Source: an uncultured Syntrophobacterales bacterium
Lineage (GTDB): Bacteria; Desulfobacterota; Desulfobaccia; Desulfobaccales; 0-14-0-80-60-11
Direction of reading: 5' to 3'
DNA length: 64,000 nucleotides
Assembly: GCA_965602785.1 (NCBI GenBank)
Contig: CBFDAH010000001.1
Location: forward strand, 633-64,632
Positions within the stretch are counted from its first letter, which is position 1. Every line of letters begins with the position of its first letter. The position numbers and the translations under genes are program-made. Below the pieces are notes generated by a model. That model was not told the DNA's origin. It saw only the letters and a program-made list of their open reading frames with translations, and did no database searches. Shown in pieces: positions 1 to 9,780 of the stretch.

Positions 1-1
1 G

Positions 2-1429
2 GAGGAATACGGCATCAAGAAAGGTTACCTGACCTTTGCGAAACGCCTGCCTGCGGCCAGACTGGAGAAGTGGGAGAAACTGGGTCTTGCCCCGCGGGGC
101 ATCGATTGGGAAGTGACGGAGATGATGCACCGCACCCACATGGGGGTGGATAACGACTACGTCAACCTTCTCCTGCAGGCCCTGCGCTGCGCCCTGGCGG
201 ACGGCTGGGGCGGCTCCATGATTGCCACCGAGCTTTCGGACGTGCTGTTCGGGACGCCCAAACCCACGGCTTCTCAGGCGAACATCGGCGTCCTGAAGGC
301 AGACCAGGTGAATATTATCCTCCATGGCCACAGCCCCCTCGTCTCCGAGATGGCGGTGCGGGCCTCCCAGGACCCGGCCATGCAGCAGCGGGCCCAAGAG
401 CTGGGGGCCACGGGCATCAATCTGGCGGGGCTGTGCTGCACCGGCAACGAAGTGCTCATGCGCAAGGGAATCGCCATGGCGGGTAACCACCTGGTCCAGG
501 AGCTGGCCCTGGTCACCGGAGCGGTGGAGGCCATGGTGGTGGACTACCAGTGCATCCTGCCCTCCCTGGGAGACCTGGCGAGTTGTTACCACACCTTGTT
601 TTTCACCACCTCTCCCAAGGCCAAGTTTCCCAAGGCGACCCACTTGCCGTTCAGCCCGGAAAACGGAGAAGAGTTGGGGAGAGAGCTGGTATCCCGGGCG
701 GTGGAGAATTTTCCCCGGCGGAATGGGGAGCGGGTTTTTCTGCCGGACACGCCGCCGGTGGCTCAATACTCCGGCTTTTCGGTGGAAGCCATCCTGGAGG
801 CCTTAGGGGGGACGGCGGAGCCCTTGCTTGAGGCCATCAAGGCTGGGCAGATCCGGGGCGCCGCCGGGGTAGTGGGGTGCAATAACCCCAAGATCACCCA
901 GGATTATGGGCACACCACCATCACTCGGGAGCTCATTGCCCACGATATCATCGTGTTGGACACCGGGTGTACGGCGGTGGCCAACGCCAAGGCGGGCTTC
1001 AAGCAGCTGGAAGCGGCGGAGCTGGCGGGGCCGGGATTGAAGGCCGTCTGCCAGGCCCTAAAGATTCCGCCGGTCCTGCATATGGGCTCCTGCGTGGACA
1101 ACACCCGCATTATCAATCTGGCGGCGGCCTTGGCCAACGCTCTGGGGGTGGACGTGGACATGCTCCCGGTGGCCGCGGCGGCACCGGAGTGGTATTCGGA
1201 GAAGGCGGCTGCCATCGCCTGCTATGCTGTGGCCAGCGGTATCTTTACGGTGCTGGGGGTGACTCCGCCGGTGTTGGGAAGCAAAAACGTTACGGAACTC
1301 CTGCTCCAGGGGCTGACAGAGCACCTGGGGGCCTGCTTTGCGGTGCAGCCTGACCCCAAAGAAGCTGCGGCTCTGATGATCCGTCACGTGGAAGAAAAGC
1401 GGCGGCAGCTAGGGTTAGACGCCCGCTAG
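2..1429 (+). CDS. cooS: Ni,Fe carbon monoxide dehydrogenase catalytic subunit (CooS/AcsA family); 5' end lies outside the window
   Basis: The frame of ORF 113..1429 stays open back to the window edge (EEYGIKKGYLTFAKRL...). Family motifs TEMMHRTHMGVDNDY, LCCTGNE, VVGCNNPK, HMGSCVDNTR. Confidence 0.85.
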   Translation, partial: EEYGIKKGYLTFAKRLPAARLEKWEKLGLAPRGIDWEVTEMMHRTHMGVDNDYVNLLLQALRCALADGWGGSMIATELSDVLFGTPKPTASQANIGVLKADQVNIILHGHSPLVSEMAVRASQDPAMQQRAQELGATGINLAGLCCTGNEVLMRKGIAMAGNHLVQELALVTGAVEAMVVDYQCILPSLGDLASCYHTLFFTTSPKAKFPKATHLPFSPENGEELGRELVSRAVENFPRRNGERVFLPDTPPVAQYSGFSVEAILEALGGTAEPLLEAIKAGQIRGAAGVVGCNNPKITQDYGHTTITRELIAHDIIVLDTGCTAVANAKAGFKQLEAAELAGPGLKAVCQALKIPPVLHMGSCVDNTRIINLAAALANALGVDVDMLPVAAAAPEWYSEKAAAIACYAVASGIFTVLGVTPPVLGSKNVTELLLQGLTEHLGACFAVQPDPKEAAALMIRHVEEKRRQLGLDAR

Positions 1430-1455
1430 TTCCCGGCCTCAGGCCGGAAAATTCA

Positions 1456-1484
1456 TTGACAACGCTCTGAGAAATTGTATGAAT
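1456..1484 (+). promoter_or_regulatory. candidate sigma70-type promoter for trxA-trxB
   Basis: TTGACA at 1456-1461, a 16-17 nt spacer, then a TGtATGAAT-like extended -10 at 1476-1484. GGAGG RBS at 1511-1515 precedes ATG 1521. Confidence 0.3.
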
Positions 1485-1520
1485 AATAGAATTGAGATTT
1501 ATCCAGTTTAGGAGGAAAAA

Positions 1521-1850
1521 ATGTCGGGTCCTGAACCGATTGTGGTGAGTGACGCAAATTTCGAAGATGAAATCCTGAAGGCCGATGTCCCTGCTCTGGT
1601 GGACTTTTGGGCGGCCTGGTGCGGCCCTTGCCGGGCCATTGCCCCGGTGGTGGAGGAGTTGGCTCGGGATTACCAGGGTAAGGCCAAAGTGGCCAAGATG
1701 AACGTGGACGAGAACGCCAAAACCCCTGCCAAATATGGTATTCGGGCCATTCCCACCCTCATTATCTTCAAAGGCGGGGAGGTGCTGGAGCAGATAACCG
1801 GCGCCGTATCCAAGTCCATCATTGAGGGTGCCCTGAAAAAGGCCCTGTAG
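1521..1850 (+). CDS. trxA: thioredoxin
   Basis: 109 aa with the WCGPC active site and thioredoxin-fold sequence (FWAAWCGPCRAIAP...GIRAIPTLIIFKGG). Strong RBS. Confidence 0.95.
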   Translation: MSGPEPIVVSDANFEDEILKADVPALVDFWAAWCGPCRAIAPVVEELARDYQGKAKVAKMNVDENAKTPAKYGIRAIPTLIIFKGGEVLEQITGAVSKSIIEGALKKAL

Positions 1851-1860
1851 CCCCAGCCCC

Positions 1861-2802
1861 ATGACATCTTGGGATTATGATCTGATTATTATAGGGGGCG
1901 GGCCTGCGGGTCTTACCGGGGGCATTTACGCCGGCCGGGCCCGCCTCAAGTCCCTCCTGGTGGAAAAGCTCATCCATGGCGGGCAGATGATGACCACCGA
2001 CCTGGTGGAGAACTACCCCGGCTTTCCAGAGGGGATTTCCGGGCCGGAGCTGAGCGATCGCATGCGTGACCAGGCCGTGCGCTTTGGCCTGGAGATTATT
2101 AACGGCGAGGTGCAGGAGCTCATCACCGGGACCCCTGAGGACCCCATTATCACGGTGGTCCTGGAGGATCGGCGCCTCACCGCCGGGGCGATAATCATCG
2201 CCACCGGAGCCAACTACAAGCGCCTGGGGCTGCCGAGGGAGGAAGAGCTCACCGGGAAAGGGGTTAGTTTTTGCGCCACCTGCGACGGGGCATTATACCG
2301 GGATCAAGAGATCGCCATGGTGGGCGGCGGGGACACAGCCCTCACCGAAACCCTGTTCCTCACGCGTTTTGTCAAAAAAATCCACCTGATTCACCGACGA
2401 GACGCCTTGCGGGGCGCCAAGTACATGCAAGAGCAGGTCCTCAGTCATGACAAGGTCCAGGTCCACTGGAACACGGTGGTGGAGGAGTTTCAGGGAGATC
2501 CATTCTTAGATTCTCTGAAATTGAGGGATGTTAAGACCCACGAGCACCGGGAGCTCCCGGTTACCGGGTGTTTCATCGCCATTGGCATCACCCCCAACAC
2601 CCAGTGGCTGGGGAACTCACTGCCCATGGACGAGTGGGGCTTCATCTTCACCGACCAGGACATGGCCACCCAAGTTCCGGGAATCTTCGCGGCGGGGGAT
2701 GTGAGATCCAAGAAACTGTGGCAAATAGCTACCGCAGTGGGGGATGGCGCCACCGCCGCCGACTCGGTGGAACACTATTTGGACAACCTCCAGCGAGAAT
2801 AG
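1861..2802 (+). CDS. trxB: thioredoxin-disulfide reductase
   Basis: GGGPAG FAD motif, redox-active CATCDG, GGGDTA NADPH motif, C-terminal GDV..K..Q motif. Directly follows trxA. Confidence 0.95.
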   Translation: MTSWDYDLIIIGGGPAGLTGGIYAGRARLKSLLVEKLIHGGQMMTTDLVENYPGFPEGISGPELSDRMRDQAVRFGLEIINGEVQELITGTPEDPIITVVLEDRRLTAGAIIIATGANYKRLGLPREEELTGKGVSFCATCDGALYRDQEIAMVGGGDTALTETLFLTRFVKKIHLIHRRDALRGAKYMQEQVLSHDKVQVHWNTVVEEFQGDPFLDSLKLRDVKTHEHRELPVTGCFIAIGITPNTQWLGNSLPMDEWGFIFTDQDMATQVPGIFAAGDVRSKKLWQIATAVGDGATAADSVEHYLDNLQRE

Positions 2803-2806
2803 CATT

Positions 2807-3529
2807 ATGCGGCGCAACTTTTTTACCACCCTGCTCGTACTCCTGACCCTGGCGGCTCTTTTGGGGGGCTGCGGTCGCGGTCCACTTAAGAAGTGGAGGA
2901 GTAAAAGGGAGAAGGAGAGACCGCCCGACGTAATGGCCAAGAAAGGTATCGAACAGCTGAAAAAGAAAAAATACATCGACGCGGCTGATACCTTCACCAA
3001 GTTAAAAGACCGGTACCCCTACAGCGAGGAGGCCCTCCTGGCCCAGATCAAGCTGGCCGACTCCCTGTATTACGATAAAAAATACGACGAAGCCCAGCAG
3101 GCCTACAAAGAGTTCGAAAAACTCCATCCCACCAATAAAGCCGTTCCTTACGTAATCTACCAGCAGGGAATGAGCTTTTACCGGCAACGCAGCACCATCG
3201 ACCGGGACCAGACTTTCACCCGGAAAGCCGTGGCGGAATTTCGCCGTCTGCAGAAGAAGTTTCCCAAGTCGAAATATGCCATCAAGGCTAATAGATACAA
3301 AAGCAGGGCTCTCAACGATCTGGCTGAACACGAATTTCTTGTGGCCAGGTTTTATTTCAGGACCAAGCGATTCACTTCGGCTTTGGACCGCTTTCAGGCC
3401 TTATCCCAGGAATATCCCAACTTCAAGCCCGGAGAAGTTAAGCAGTTTATAGTGAAGAGTAAGAATTTCCTGGCTAATCCCAAGAAAAACCAGGGGTTTT
3501 TCGCCAGGCTATTTGACGCCCAGTGGTAA
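2807..3529 (+). CDS. bamD: outer membrane protein assembly factor BamD (YfiO-like TPR lipoprotein)
   Basis: Start moved to ATG 2807, in frame with track ORF 2744. Lipoprotein signal MRRNFFTTLLVLLTLAALLGGCG, then TPR-like helices (YDKKYDEAQQAYKEF, YPNSKY-type motifs) typical of BamD. Confidence 0.8.
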   Translation: MRRNFFTTLLVLLTLAALLGGCGRGPLKKWRSKREKERPPDVMAKKGIEQLKKKKYIDAADTFTKLKDRYPYSEEALLAQIKLADSLYYDKKYDEAQQAYKEFEKLHPTNKAVPYVIYQQGMSFYRQRSTIDRDQTFTRKAVAEFRRLQKKFPKSKYAIKANRYKSRALNDLAEHEFLVARFYFRTKRFTSALDRFQALSQEYPNFKPGEVKQFIVKSKNFLANPKKNQGFFARLFDAQW

Positions 3530-3863
3530 CAACCTCAAGAAGCTGGTAAAGGGCGACCGTTGCGGTGGCCCTGCCTTGCTTTGAGTTCAGGCTGCGACAA
3601 ACCAGGGAAACACCATGGGGCCGGCAGCCTTTTCCCGACTCTTCCCTTATCCTCACTAGCCCCCACACTTCTGCAATCCACCCAAGGCTGATGCCATAAC
3701 AGATCCGAACCCAGGATTATGTGGGCACGTAGGTCCGCCCCTACCAGAGATAGATGGCCGTTATGAGCGCACCTTGGGATAAATTCATCCCGCCAGAATT
3801 TCTGGATCCGGTTCTGCCGACAGCCCGCTACAAACTCTGGTAAACCTGGCTATAGAATGGCAG

Positions 3864-3933
3864 GTCATTCTGAGCGAAAGGAAGAATGTCGTATTTCCAA
3901 TATGTTGAGATCCTTCACTTCGTTCAGGATGAC
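3864..3933. repeat. GTCATTCTGAGCGAA ... TTCGTTCAGGATGAC palindromic element
   Basis: 15-nt terminal arms (3864-3878 / 3919-3933) are complementary except for 2 wobble-compatible positions. Inner arms AGGAAGAATGTCG / GAGATCCTTCACT extend the hairpin. It produces the spurious HSERKEE / LRSFTSFRMT peptide of ORF 3857..4063. Confidence 0.7.
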
Positions 3934-4013
3934 AGAAAAACCGGTCTTGAAATGGATTGTAGGGTTTATTGCATGGGAGACGAAGAGGCCGGGACAGTTC
4001 TCCCCGAAGGCTC

Positions 4014-4772
4014 TCAGGGCCAGGGCAGCGCGAGGAGGTCTTCCAGACTGGAGTAATGAGTAAGGTCGTGATGGATGGGGGTGACGCTGACGTAGCCGGC
4101 CTGGAGGGCGCCGAAATCCGTGTTCAGGTCGGTTTCCTGGCGCTCGTTGATTTCCGCCAGCCAGAAGTAAATGCGTTCCCGGGGGTCCACCCGGCGCTCG
4201 AAGTGTTCCACCAGGGCGCCCACATCCTGCCGGGTGAATTTTATCCCCCGAACCTGCTCCTGGGGGAGCGCCGGCAGGTTGACGTTGAGGCAGATGGCGG
4301 GGTTCCAGCCGGACCAAGTCAGGAGGCGGTCAAGGACTCCCCGGGCAAGGAGAGCGGCCCTTCGGAAGTCGGCGTTCTTATAGGTGTCCAGAGACAGGGC
4401 CATGGCCCGCACCCCCAGGATGGAAGCCTCGGTGGCAGCGGAAACCGTACCGGAATACAGGACGTTGATACCCACGTTGGCGCCGAGGTTGATGCCGGAG
4501 ACCACCAGGTCCGGGGGGGCTGGGAGAAGCTCGGCCAGGGCGATTTTAACGCAGTCGGCGGGAGTGCCGCTTACCGCCCAGCCTTGTACGCCACCGTCCA
4601 GCGCCATCTGGCGCACCCGGAGGGGGTGGCTCAGGCTGATGGCGTGGCCCACGGCACTCTGCTCGCTTTCCGGGGCCACTACCGCCACTTCCCCCAAGCC
4701 ACAAAGCTCGTGGTAGAGGGCCGTAAGACCGGGGGCGTGGATGCCGTCGTCATTGGTCACAAGGATGTTCAT
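4014..4772 (-). CDS. surE: 5'/3'-nucleotidase SurE
   Basis: N-terminus MNILVTNDDGIHAPGL and GINLGANVG / YSGTVSAA motifs of the SurE family. Confidence 0.9.
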   Translation of the reverse strand: MNILVTNDDGIHAPGLTALYHELCGLGEVAVVAPESEQSAVGHAISLSHPLRVRQMALDGGVQGWAVSGTPADCVKIALAELLPAPPDLVVSGINLGANVGINVLYSGTVSAATEASILGVRAMALSLDTYKNADFRRAALLARGVLDRLLTWSGWNPAICLNVNLPALPQEQVRGIKFTRQDVGALVEHFERRVDPRERIYFWLAEINERQETDLNTDFGALQAGYVSVTPIHHDLTHYSSLEDLLALPWP

Positions 4773-4900
4773 GGTTTTCCTTCAAAGTGAAGCGCAGAGG
4801 TGGCCAGCGTCTGCAACCGTGGCCCTCCCCCTCGCATCTTCGCAGAATTTTTTTTCCGATTATTCGCTTTGCTCCGCAAAGAGAATAATGCTTTTTCAGT

Positions 4901-5106
4901 GGGGGGAAGGCCAGGGAGCATAGGGCGGGTTTGAAACCCGCCCCTACAAGCCCCCACCGAACACCCCCCTCCCAACCCGCTTAGGGGGTGGGTTGGGGCT
5001 GGACTCTTGGGCTCCGGCCCCAACCAACATTTCCAAACCCTTAAGGGATTGGGGGTTGGGTTACAGGGGAGGGGGTAAGGGGCCACGACCCTTAGCCCCC
5101 TCCCCC
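4901..5106. repeat. composite G/C-tract inverted-repeat element (copy A)
   Basis: Left GGGGGGAAGG..CCCCCACC arm interrupted by a GGGCGGGTTTGAAACCCGCCCCTAC hairpin. Then CCCCTCCCAACCCGCTTAGGGGGTGGGTTGGGG and CCAAACCCTTAAGGGATTGGGGGTTGGG palindromes. Right hairpin GGGGAGGGGGTAAGGGGCCACGACCCTTAGCCCCCTCCCC. Confidence 0.8.
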
Positions 5107-5140
5107 GGTCAATTTGGTAGAGGTAAAAATCATAATCGGC

Positions 5141-6538
5141 TTATTTTTTGGAGCCAGGCAACGGCTTGGTGAGCCGCTCCATGTCCTGGCGCCACTGGTC
5201 AAAGGCCGCTTTTAAGACCTGGGCACCCTGGGACTGGTCAGCACCCGTGGCAAAGCGGACCGTTACCAGATCAGCGTCGGCGGTAAATTCTTCCAGGCGA
5301 AAAAGGTTTTTCCCGCCCACATCTTTGAGCTCCACCGAGTATACCGCGTGATCTTCCTGCGGTCCGGGAGTCCCCCGGCGTTTTCCCTCCAGATCCCGAA
5401 GCTTTAAAAGGGCCAACTCCACCAGGGCGGCCGGCTGGCGGACCTTTTTCTTGTTGGGGCCGGTGAGGTTGAAAAAATCCTTGTCCTTGGAGGCAGTCCA
5501 GGTTTTACCCGGGGGTCCCCAGGTAAAGACGGAGACCGCGCTCACCTCTCCGGTCCAGAGGCGACGGTCTTCCAGGTATTGGGGAAAGGTGCCCCGGAGA
5601 TTAGCCCACAAGGGATTTTTCTTTAAGGAGGCCACCGACTCCAGGGGGGAGGTGAGGAGATCCAAGATGAGGCTTTCCATGAGGACCACCGGTGCTTTGT
5701 CCCCCTTACGGGCGTAGCAGTCGTCCTTTTTCCGGGCGCCCAGGGAAAGGCGTTGCTTCCCCTTGTTCGTCACCACCGTGATCTCCACGGCTGGGGGCGC
5801 GAGGCCGAAGGTGCGGAGGTCCTGAGGGGCATCGGCCACGAATTCTTTAACCCGGGCCAGGCTGACATAGCGCAGGAGACGCTCCAGGCGGTCCGGGTAG
5901 ACGGTGAAGTTTTCCCGGCCTACCCAGCGCCAGGAGTCACCGGTTTTTTCCAGGTCCACCTGGGTGCTCCCCCGCTTGACTCGGAGAGCCTTGACCTGAT
6001 CCACGGGAAAGTCAAAGAGGGTACGGTCCCGGAGGGCGGAGAGAGGCCGGTCCAGGCTCGCCTTGGTGGCGGCGGCAATAACCAGAACCCGTGGTTCCTG
6101 ATCCCGGCGGGCATAATACCCCCGGTTCCCCGGGGTCTTCTTGCCCAGGGCCAGGGTGTGGGTTTTTTCCCCGGCGGTAAAGGTCACCACCAGGGGAGGC
6201 TGGTCCAGGCCGAAAGGGGTCAGGTCTTTTTGCGGCCCTAGATCCCGTTCCAGTTTCAAATAAGCCAGCGCGACCAGGAGGGAGTTCATGGTCAGTCGGT
6301 CGCCCCGGTCCTTCAAGGGGTGGGTCAGATGCCAGTCCTGGCCCTCCTTAGCCAGGCGAATTTCTTTGGGGCCGCGCTGCAAAGTGACCGTAGAGATGTC
6401 CGCCTCTTTGACGGCAAAGAGCTTTTTGGCTTCTTCTTTCTGGCGGGCTTTTTCCTCCCTTTTCCACTCCAGAAAGTAGAAGGAGGCGGCCAGGACCAGG
6501 AAAGCGGCCAGAAAGGGAAGCAAACGCCGGGGAGTCAT
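5141..6538 (-). CDS. DUF4340-like protein, last gene of the ABC-2/GldG cluster
   Basis: N-terminal TM segment. 4-nt overlap with the upstream GldG-like gene. This position and size are typical of DUF4340 partners. Assignment is by context, not by a motif. Confidence 0.55.
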   Translation of the reverse strand: MTPRRLLPFLAAFLVLAASFYFLEWKREEKARQKEEAKKLFAVKEADISTVTLQRGPKEIRLAKEGQDWHLTHPLKDRGDRLTMNSLLVALAYLKLERDLGPQKDLTPFGLDQPPLVVTFTAGEKTHTLALGKKTPGNRGYYARRDQEPRVLVIAAATKASLDRPLSALRDRTLFDFPVDQVKALRVKRGSTQVDLEKTGDSWRWVGRENFTVYPDRLERLLRYVSLARVKEFVADAPQDLRTFGLAPPAVEITVVTNKGKQRLSLGARKKDDCYARKGDKAPVVLMESLILDLLTSPLESVASLKKNPLWANLRGTFPQYLEDRRLWTGEVSAVSVFTWGPPGKTWTASKDKDFFNLTGPNKKKVRQPAALVELALLKLRDLEGKRRGTPGPQEDHAVYSVELKDVGGKNLFRLEEFTADADLVTVRFATGADQSQGAQVLKAAFDQWRQDMERLTKPLPGSKK

Positions 6539-7929
6539 CGCCGGCCCCTCCGGCGGAGGTAGGCGGCCACTCCGGCGCTTAACATGACCAGGGGCAGGAG
6601 GATCAGGCTGACAGTGAAAATAATCAGGGTCTGCCAGTTCGAGAGCAGGAGAGGTTCAATTTTCTTATCAGTTTTACGAATGATGATCTGCTTTTCCTCA
6701 GCCGCTAGAAAATTCACGGTATTGAGGAAGAGGTCCCCATTGCCCAGTTGATTGAAGAACTCGTTGGCCGCGAAGTCCGCGTCCCCGAAAACCGCCAGGT
6801 AGGAATGCCGGTCGGCCGGAGACTTTTCGGAGGCCGGGGGTTTTGGCTTGGATTTGGGCTCCACCAGGACGGCCAGGGTAAAGGGGCCTTTTTTGTCTTG
6901 CTTGGGGTTAAAGAGGTTTTTTTTGTCCTTCTGCCAATCCTGGCCAAACTTTTCCCAACTGGCCTTTGAGGTAGTGACCAGGGGCAGGAGAGTGACGGTC
7001 TTGAGCTCTTTGTTCAGAAACAGGGGCCGGGGTTTGGGAAAGATAGTAGTAAGATAGAAATCCCGGGTGATGCGACTGGCGCCATATTTGGTGACGATGG
7101 GGCTCAAGATGGCCCGGTCCTGGGTGAGCTGATTCAACTCGAGAATGGTGCCGTTATCCAGGTTGACCCCGTAACCGGCCAGGAAGTCCTTGAGGCCGGC
7201 GTTCTGAAAGGGTTCGAGCATGAGAAAGAGGCGCCCGCCCAGTTTTAGATAGGCTTGGAGGGCAGCCACTTCTTGGGGCAAAAGATCCTTCTTGGGGGCG
7301 GCGATGATGACCACGGCGGCGTCTGGGGGCACTTGGCCCTCGGTGAGCAGATTCAGGTCGGCCAACTCATAGCCTTCATTTTTAAGGGCCTTCCTGGCCA
7401 CCTGGAAGCCGCGCCGCTTCTTTGGCCCAGTGCGCTCACCGTGGCCGGTGAGGAAGTAGAGCTTTTTCTGCTGTTTTTGCAGGACGCGGCGCAGAGCCTC
7501 GGACACAGGCTCCTCTTCAGGCCCCTCGGCCAACTGCCGCCGGCCATCGTATTCCAGGAGAACGTTGCCGTAGCGGCGGTAGCCTGCCTGGTCAGCGCGG
7601 ACGGGGTCTTTGTCCGGGTCTAAAAAGCGGTAGCTGACATTAGGGTTCTGGCGGGTATAGAGCTCCAGGACTTCCCGGGCTTGCTGCCGCTCCATGAAAC
7701 CATCCGGATAGAAAACCGTCAAGGTTAGAGGCTGGTTGACTTCCTTCAGGAGGGAGCGGCTTACGGCCGAGAGGGAATGGCTCTTGCCCCGGGTAAGGTC
7801 CCACCTGAGGGAGTAGCGGTTTCCCAGGAGGATCAAAAAGACGAGGATGCCAGCCACGAGAAGGACGGCTACGGCGGAACTGCCGCCATAGAACAGGGTA
7901 CGGTTTTGGAATTTCTCCCTGAGGCTCAC
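6535..7929 (-). CDS. GldG-family ABC-transporter auxiliary protein
   Basis: 464 aa with N- and C-terminal TM anchors and a large extracytoplasmic domain. Sits between an ABC-2 permease and a DUF4340-like gene. Confidence 0.65.
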   Translation of the reverse strand: MSLREKFQNRTLFYGGSSAVAVLLVAGILVFLILLGNRYSLRWDLTRGKSHSLSAVSRSLLKEVNQPLTLTVFYPDGFMERQQAREVLELYTRQNPNVSYRFLDPDKDPVRADQAGYRRYGNVLLEYDGRRQLAEGPEEEPVSEALRRVLQKQQKKLYFLTGHGERTGPKKRRGFQVARKALKNEGYELADLNLLTEGQVPPDAAVVIIAAPKKDLLPQEVAALQAYLKLGGRLFLMLEPFQNAGLKDFLAGYGVNLDNGTILELNQLTQDRAILSPIVTKYGASRITRDFYLTTIFPKPRPLFLNKELKTVTLLPLVTTSKASWEKFGQDWQKDKKNLFNPKQDKKGPFTLAVLVEPKSKPKPPASEKSPADRHSYLAVFGDADFAANEFFNQLGNGDLFLNTVNFLAAEEKQIIIRKTDKKIEPLLLSNWQTLIIFTVSLILLPLVMLSAGVAAYLRRRGRR

Positions 7930-7930
7930 G

Positions 7931-8701
7931 TTAAGCTCTCCAACGACGGGATTCCAACTGTATCTTGGTGAGGAAGAGAAAAAAGAAGGTGAAACTGAGA
8001 TAGTATACCAAGTCTCGGGTGTCGATAACGCCCCGGGCCAGGTTGGGGATGTGCTCCCGCAGGGACAGGGCGGCGACGAAGCTTCCCCAGTCTGAGCCCA
8101 CCTCTTTCAGGGCGCCGATGAGCCAGAACAGCAGGAGCAGGGCAAAGGCCGAAATGGCGCCGGTGATCTGGTTTTCGGTGAGGCTGGAGGCGAACAAGCC
8201 CAGAGAGAGGCAAGCGGCGCCCAAGAAGAAGAGGCCCAGGTAACCGGCAGCAAGCTGGCCCCAGTCCATGCTGGTCAGGAAGGCTAAAATCAAAGGATAG
8301 ACGAATGTGCACAATAACAAGGTCCCATAGACCGCCAGGGCCGCCAGAAATTTCCCCAAAATCACGGCCCAATCGGCCAGAGGATACGTAAAGAGAAGCT
8401 CGGCGGTGCCGGAGCGCCTCTCCTCCGCCAACAACCGCATGGTAAGGATGGGGGTGATAAGGAGAAAGATAAAGCCCAGGTCTTCAAAAAAAGAGCGAAA
8501 AACCACCTGGAAGGGATTCAGCATGGCAGCCAGTTGGGGGTTCTGGGCCACCTGGAAGCTCGCAGTCTGAAAGTAGCTGAAGTAAACAAAAAAGAACAGG
8601 AACCCTTCCACCAACAGGAAAAAGAATCCTATGACGTAAAAAATGGGGGTGGCGAAGTAAGTGGTCAATTCTTTGCGCAGGACGGCTGAGACCCCGGACA
8701 T
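7931..8701 (-). CDS. ABC-2 type transporter permease
   Basis: 256 aa polytopic membrane protein (about 6 TM), 2 nt from the GldG-like gene and 5 nt from the ATPase gene. Confidence 0.75.
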   Translation of the reverse strand: MSGVSAVLRKELTTYFATPIFYVIGFFFLLVEGFLFFFVYFSYFQTASFQVAQNPQLAAMLNPFQVVFRSFFEDLGFIFLLITPILTMRLLAEERRSGTAELLFTYPLADWAVILGKFLAALAVYGTLLLCTFVYPLILAFLTSMDWGQLAAGYLGLFFLGAACLSLGLFASSLTENQITGAISAFALLLLFWLIGALKEVGSDWGSFVAALSLREHIPNLARGVIDTRDLVYYLSFTFFFLFLTKIQLESRRWRA

Positions 8702-8706
8702 GGCGG

Positions 8707-9642
8707 CTATGCTTCCTCCTCGGTAACCAGATTGAGAAAAACCTCCTCCAGGGTGAACTCCTGGGCTTGCAACTCGAGCAAATCCCAGCCCCGTTCCACC
8801 ACCAGGCGGGCCAGTTCAGGACGGAGGTCCAGGTCTTCTTTCGCTTCCACCAGGTAGTGCGCCTCGCCCTGGTTAACTACACCTTTAACGCCGGGATGGC
8901 CCCTTAAGGCGGCGGCGACTTCGGGAACCGGACCCTGCACTTGAAGCCTCAGGCGAGAACCCTGACTCAACTGGCGGGAGAGGGTATCGGGGGTGTCACT
9001 GGCCACGATGTGGCCCTTGTTAATGATGATAACCCGCTGACAGAGCTGGCTCACCTCCGGGAGGATGTGACTGCTCAGAACCACGGTGTGCTCCCCGGAC
9101 AAATCCTTGATGAGTTGGCGGATTTCCACAATCTGGGCGGGGTCAAGACCGATGGTGGGCTCGTCCAGGATAAGGAGGGGGGGACTGTTCAAGAGGGCCT
9201 GGGCCAGGCCCACCCGCTGGCGGAACCCTTTGGAGAGGGAAGAAATGAGGGTCTCCCGCACTTCCGGAAGGCCGCAGGCCTCGCTGATCCGGTCCACTTC
9301 CGCCCGTTGTTTTTTGGCCTCCACCCCCTTGGCCCGGGCGGTAAAGCGCAGGAACTGGGCCACGGTGAGTTCGGAGTAAAGGGGGACTGTTTCAGGGAGG
9401 TAGCCCAGGGAGCGGCGCACGGCCAAAGATTCGGTGACACAGTCGTGGCCGTTAATGCGGGCCGTCCCAGAGGTGGGGGGCATAAAACCCGCCAGGATTT
9501 TCAAAGTGGTAGTTTTGCCGGCGCCGTTAGGTCCCAGGAAGCCGACGATTTCACCTTGGGCCACCTCGAAACTCAGGCGGCTGATGGCCAGGTGAGGGCC
9601 GTAATACTTGCTCAGGTCCTGTACTGCAACCATGGTTTCCAT
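8707..9642 (-). CDS. ABC transporter ATP-binding protein
   Basis: Walker A GPNGAGKTT, signature LSKGFRQR, Walker B LLILDEPT, H-loop SSH. Confidence 0.9.
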   Translation of the reverse strand: METMVAVQDLSKYYGPHLAISRLSFEVAQGEIVGFLGPNGAGKTTTLKILAGFMPPTSGTARINGHDCVTESLAVRRSLGYLPETVPLYSELTVAQFLRFTARAKGVEAKKQRAEVDRISEACGLPEVRETLISSLSKGFRQRVGLAQALLNSPPLLILDEPTIGLDPAQIVEIRQLIKDLSGEHTVVLSSHILPEVSQLCQRVIIINKGHIVASDTPDTLSRQLSQGSRLRLQVQGPVPEVAAALRGHPGVKGVVNQGEAHYLVEAKEDLDLRPELARLVVERGWDLLELQAQEFTLEEVFLNLVTEEEA

Positions 9643-9780
9643 GTATGCCTATTCCCTATTCGGAAGACTATTAGACATCAAACTCTAAGTTTACCCTGTC
9701 TAAAAAATCAGACAAGGCTTTTTCAGTGCGGTTAGGATAGGGAAAAACCAGAGCAGCCATTTCCCTGGAGGCCGAGGGGT

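Noticed and set aside
2744-2806. Upstream extensions of track ORFs (2744 for bamD, 11551 for tolC, 14890 for the secreted protein, 17846 for the MtrA-like gene, 39656 for ftsH, 25372 and 26845 for pabC and pabB, 28642 for the phosphoesterase).
   Set aside because: The extensions overlap the preceding gene or a repeat and lack an RBS. They would also bury the signal peptide or conserved N-terminus that begins at the internal ATG chosen here.
3540-3860. Possible housekeeping ncRNA (6S, SRP, RNase P, tmRNA) in the ORF-free bamD-surE spacer.
   Set aside because: None of the hallmark motifs I know could be located on either strand (RNase P GAGGAAAGUCC, the tmRNA tag region with CCA end, the SRP domain IV loop). 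An Rfam scan would be needed to exclude this fully.
4769-5086. ORFs whose products read PLPPPPHPLP, GEGARGLRPLAPSP and similar (4769..5086, 22716..23075, 22843..23121, 26763..27017, 26869..27093, 31144..31341, 53421..53834, 53476..53739, 61370..61627, 61385..61588).
   Set aside because: They are translations of the G/C-tract hairpin repeats. The same peptide strings recur wherever the repeat occurs, on both strands.
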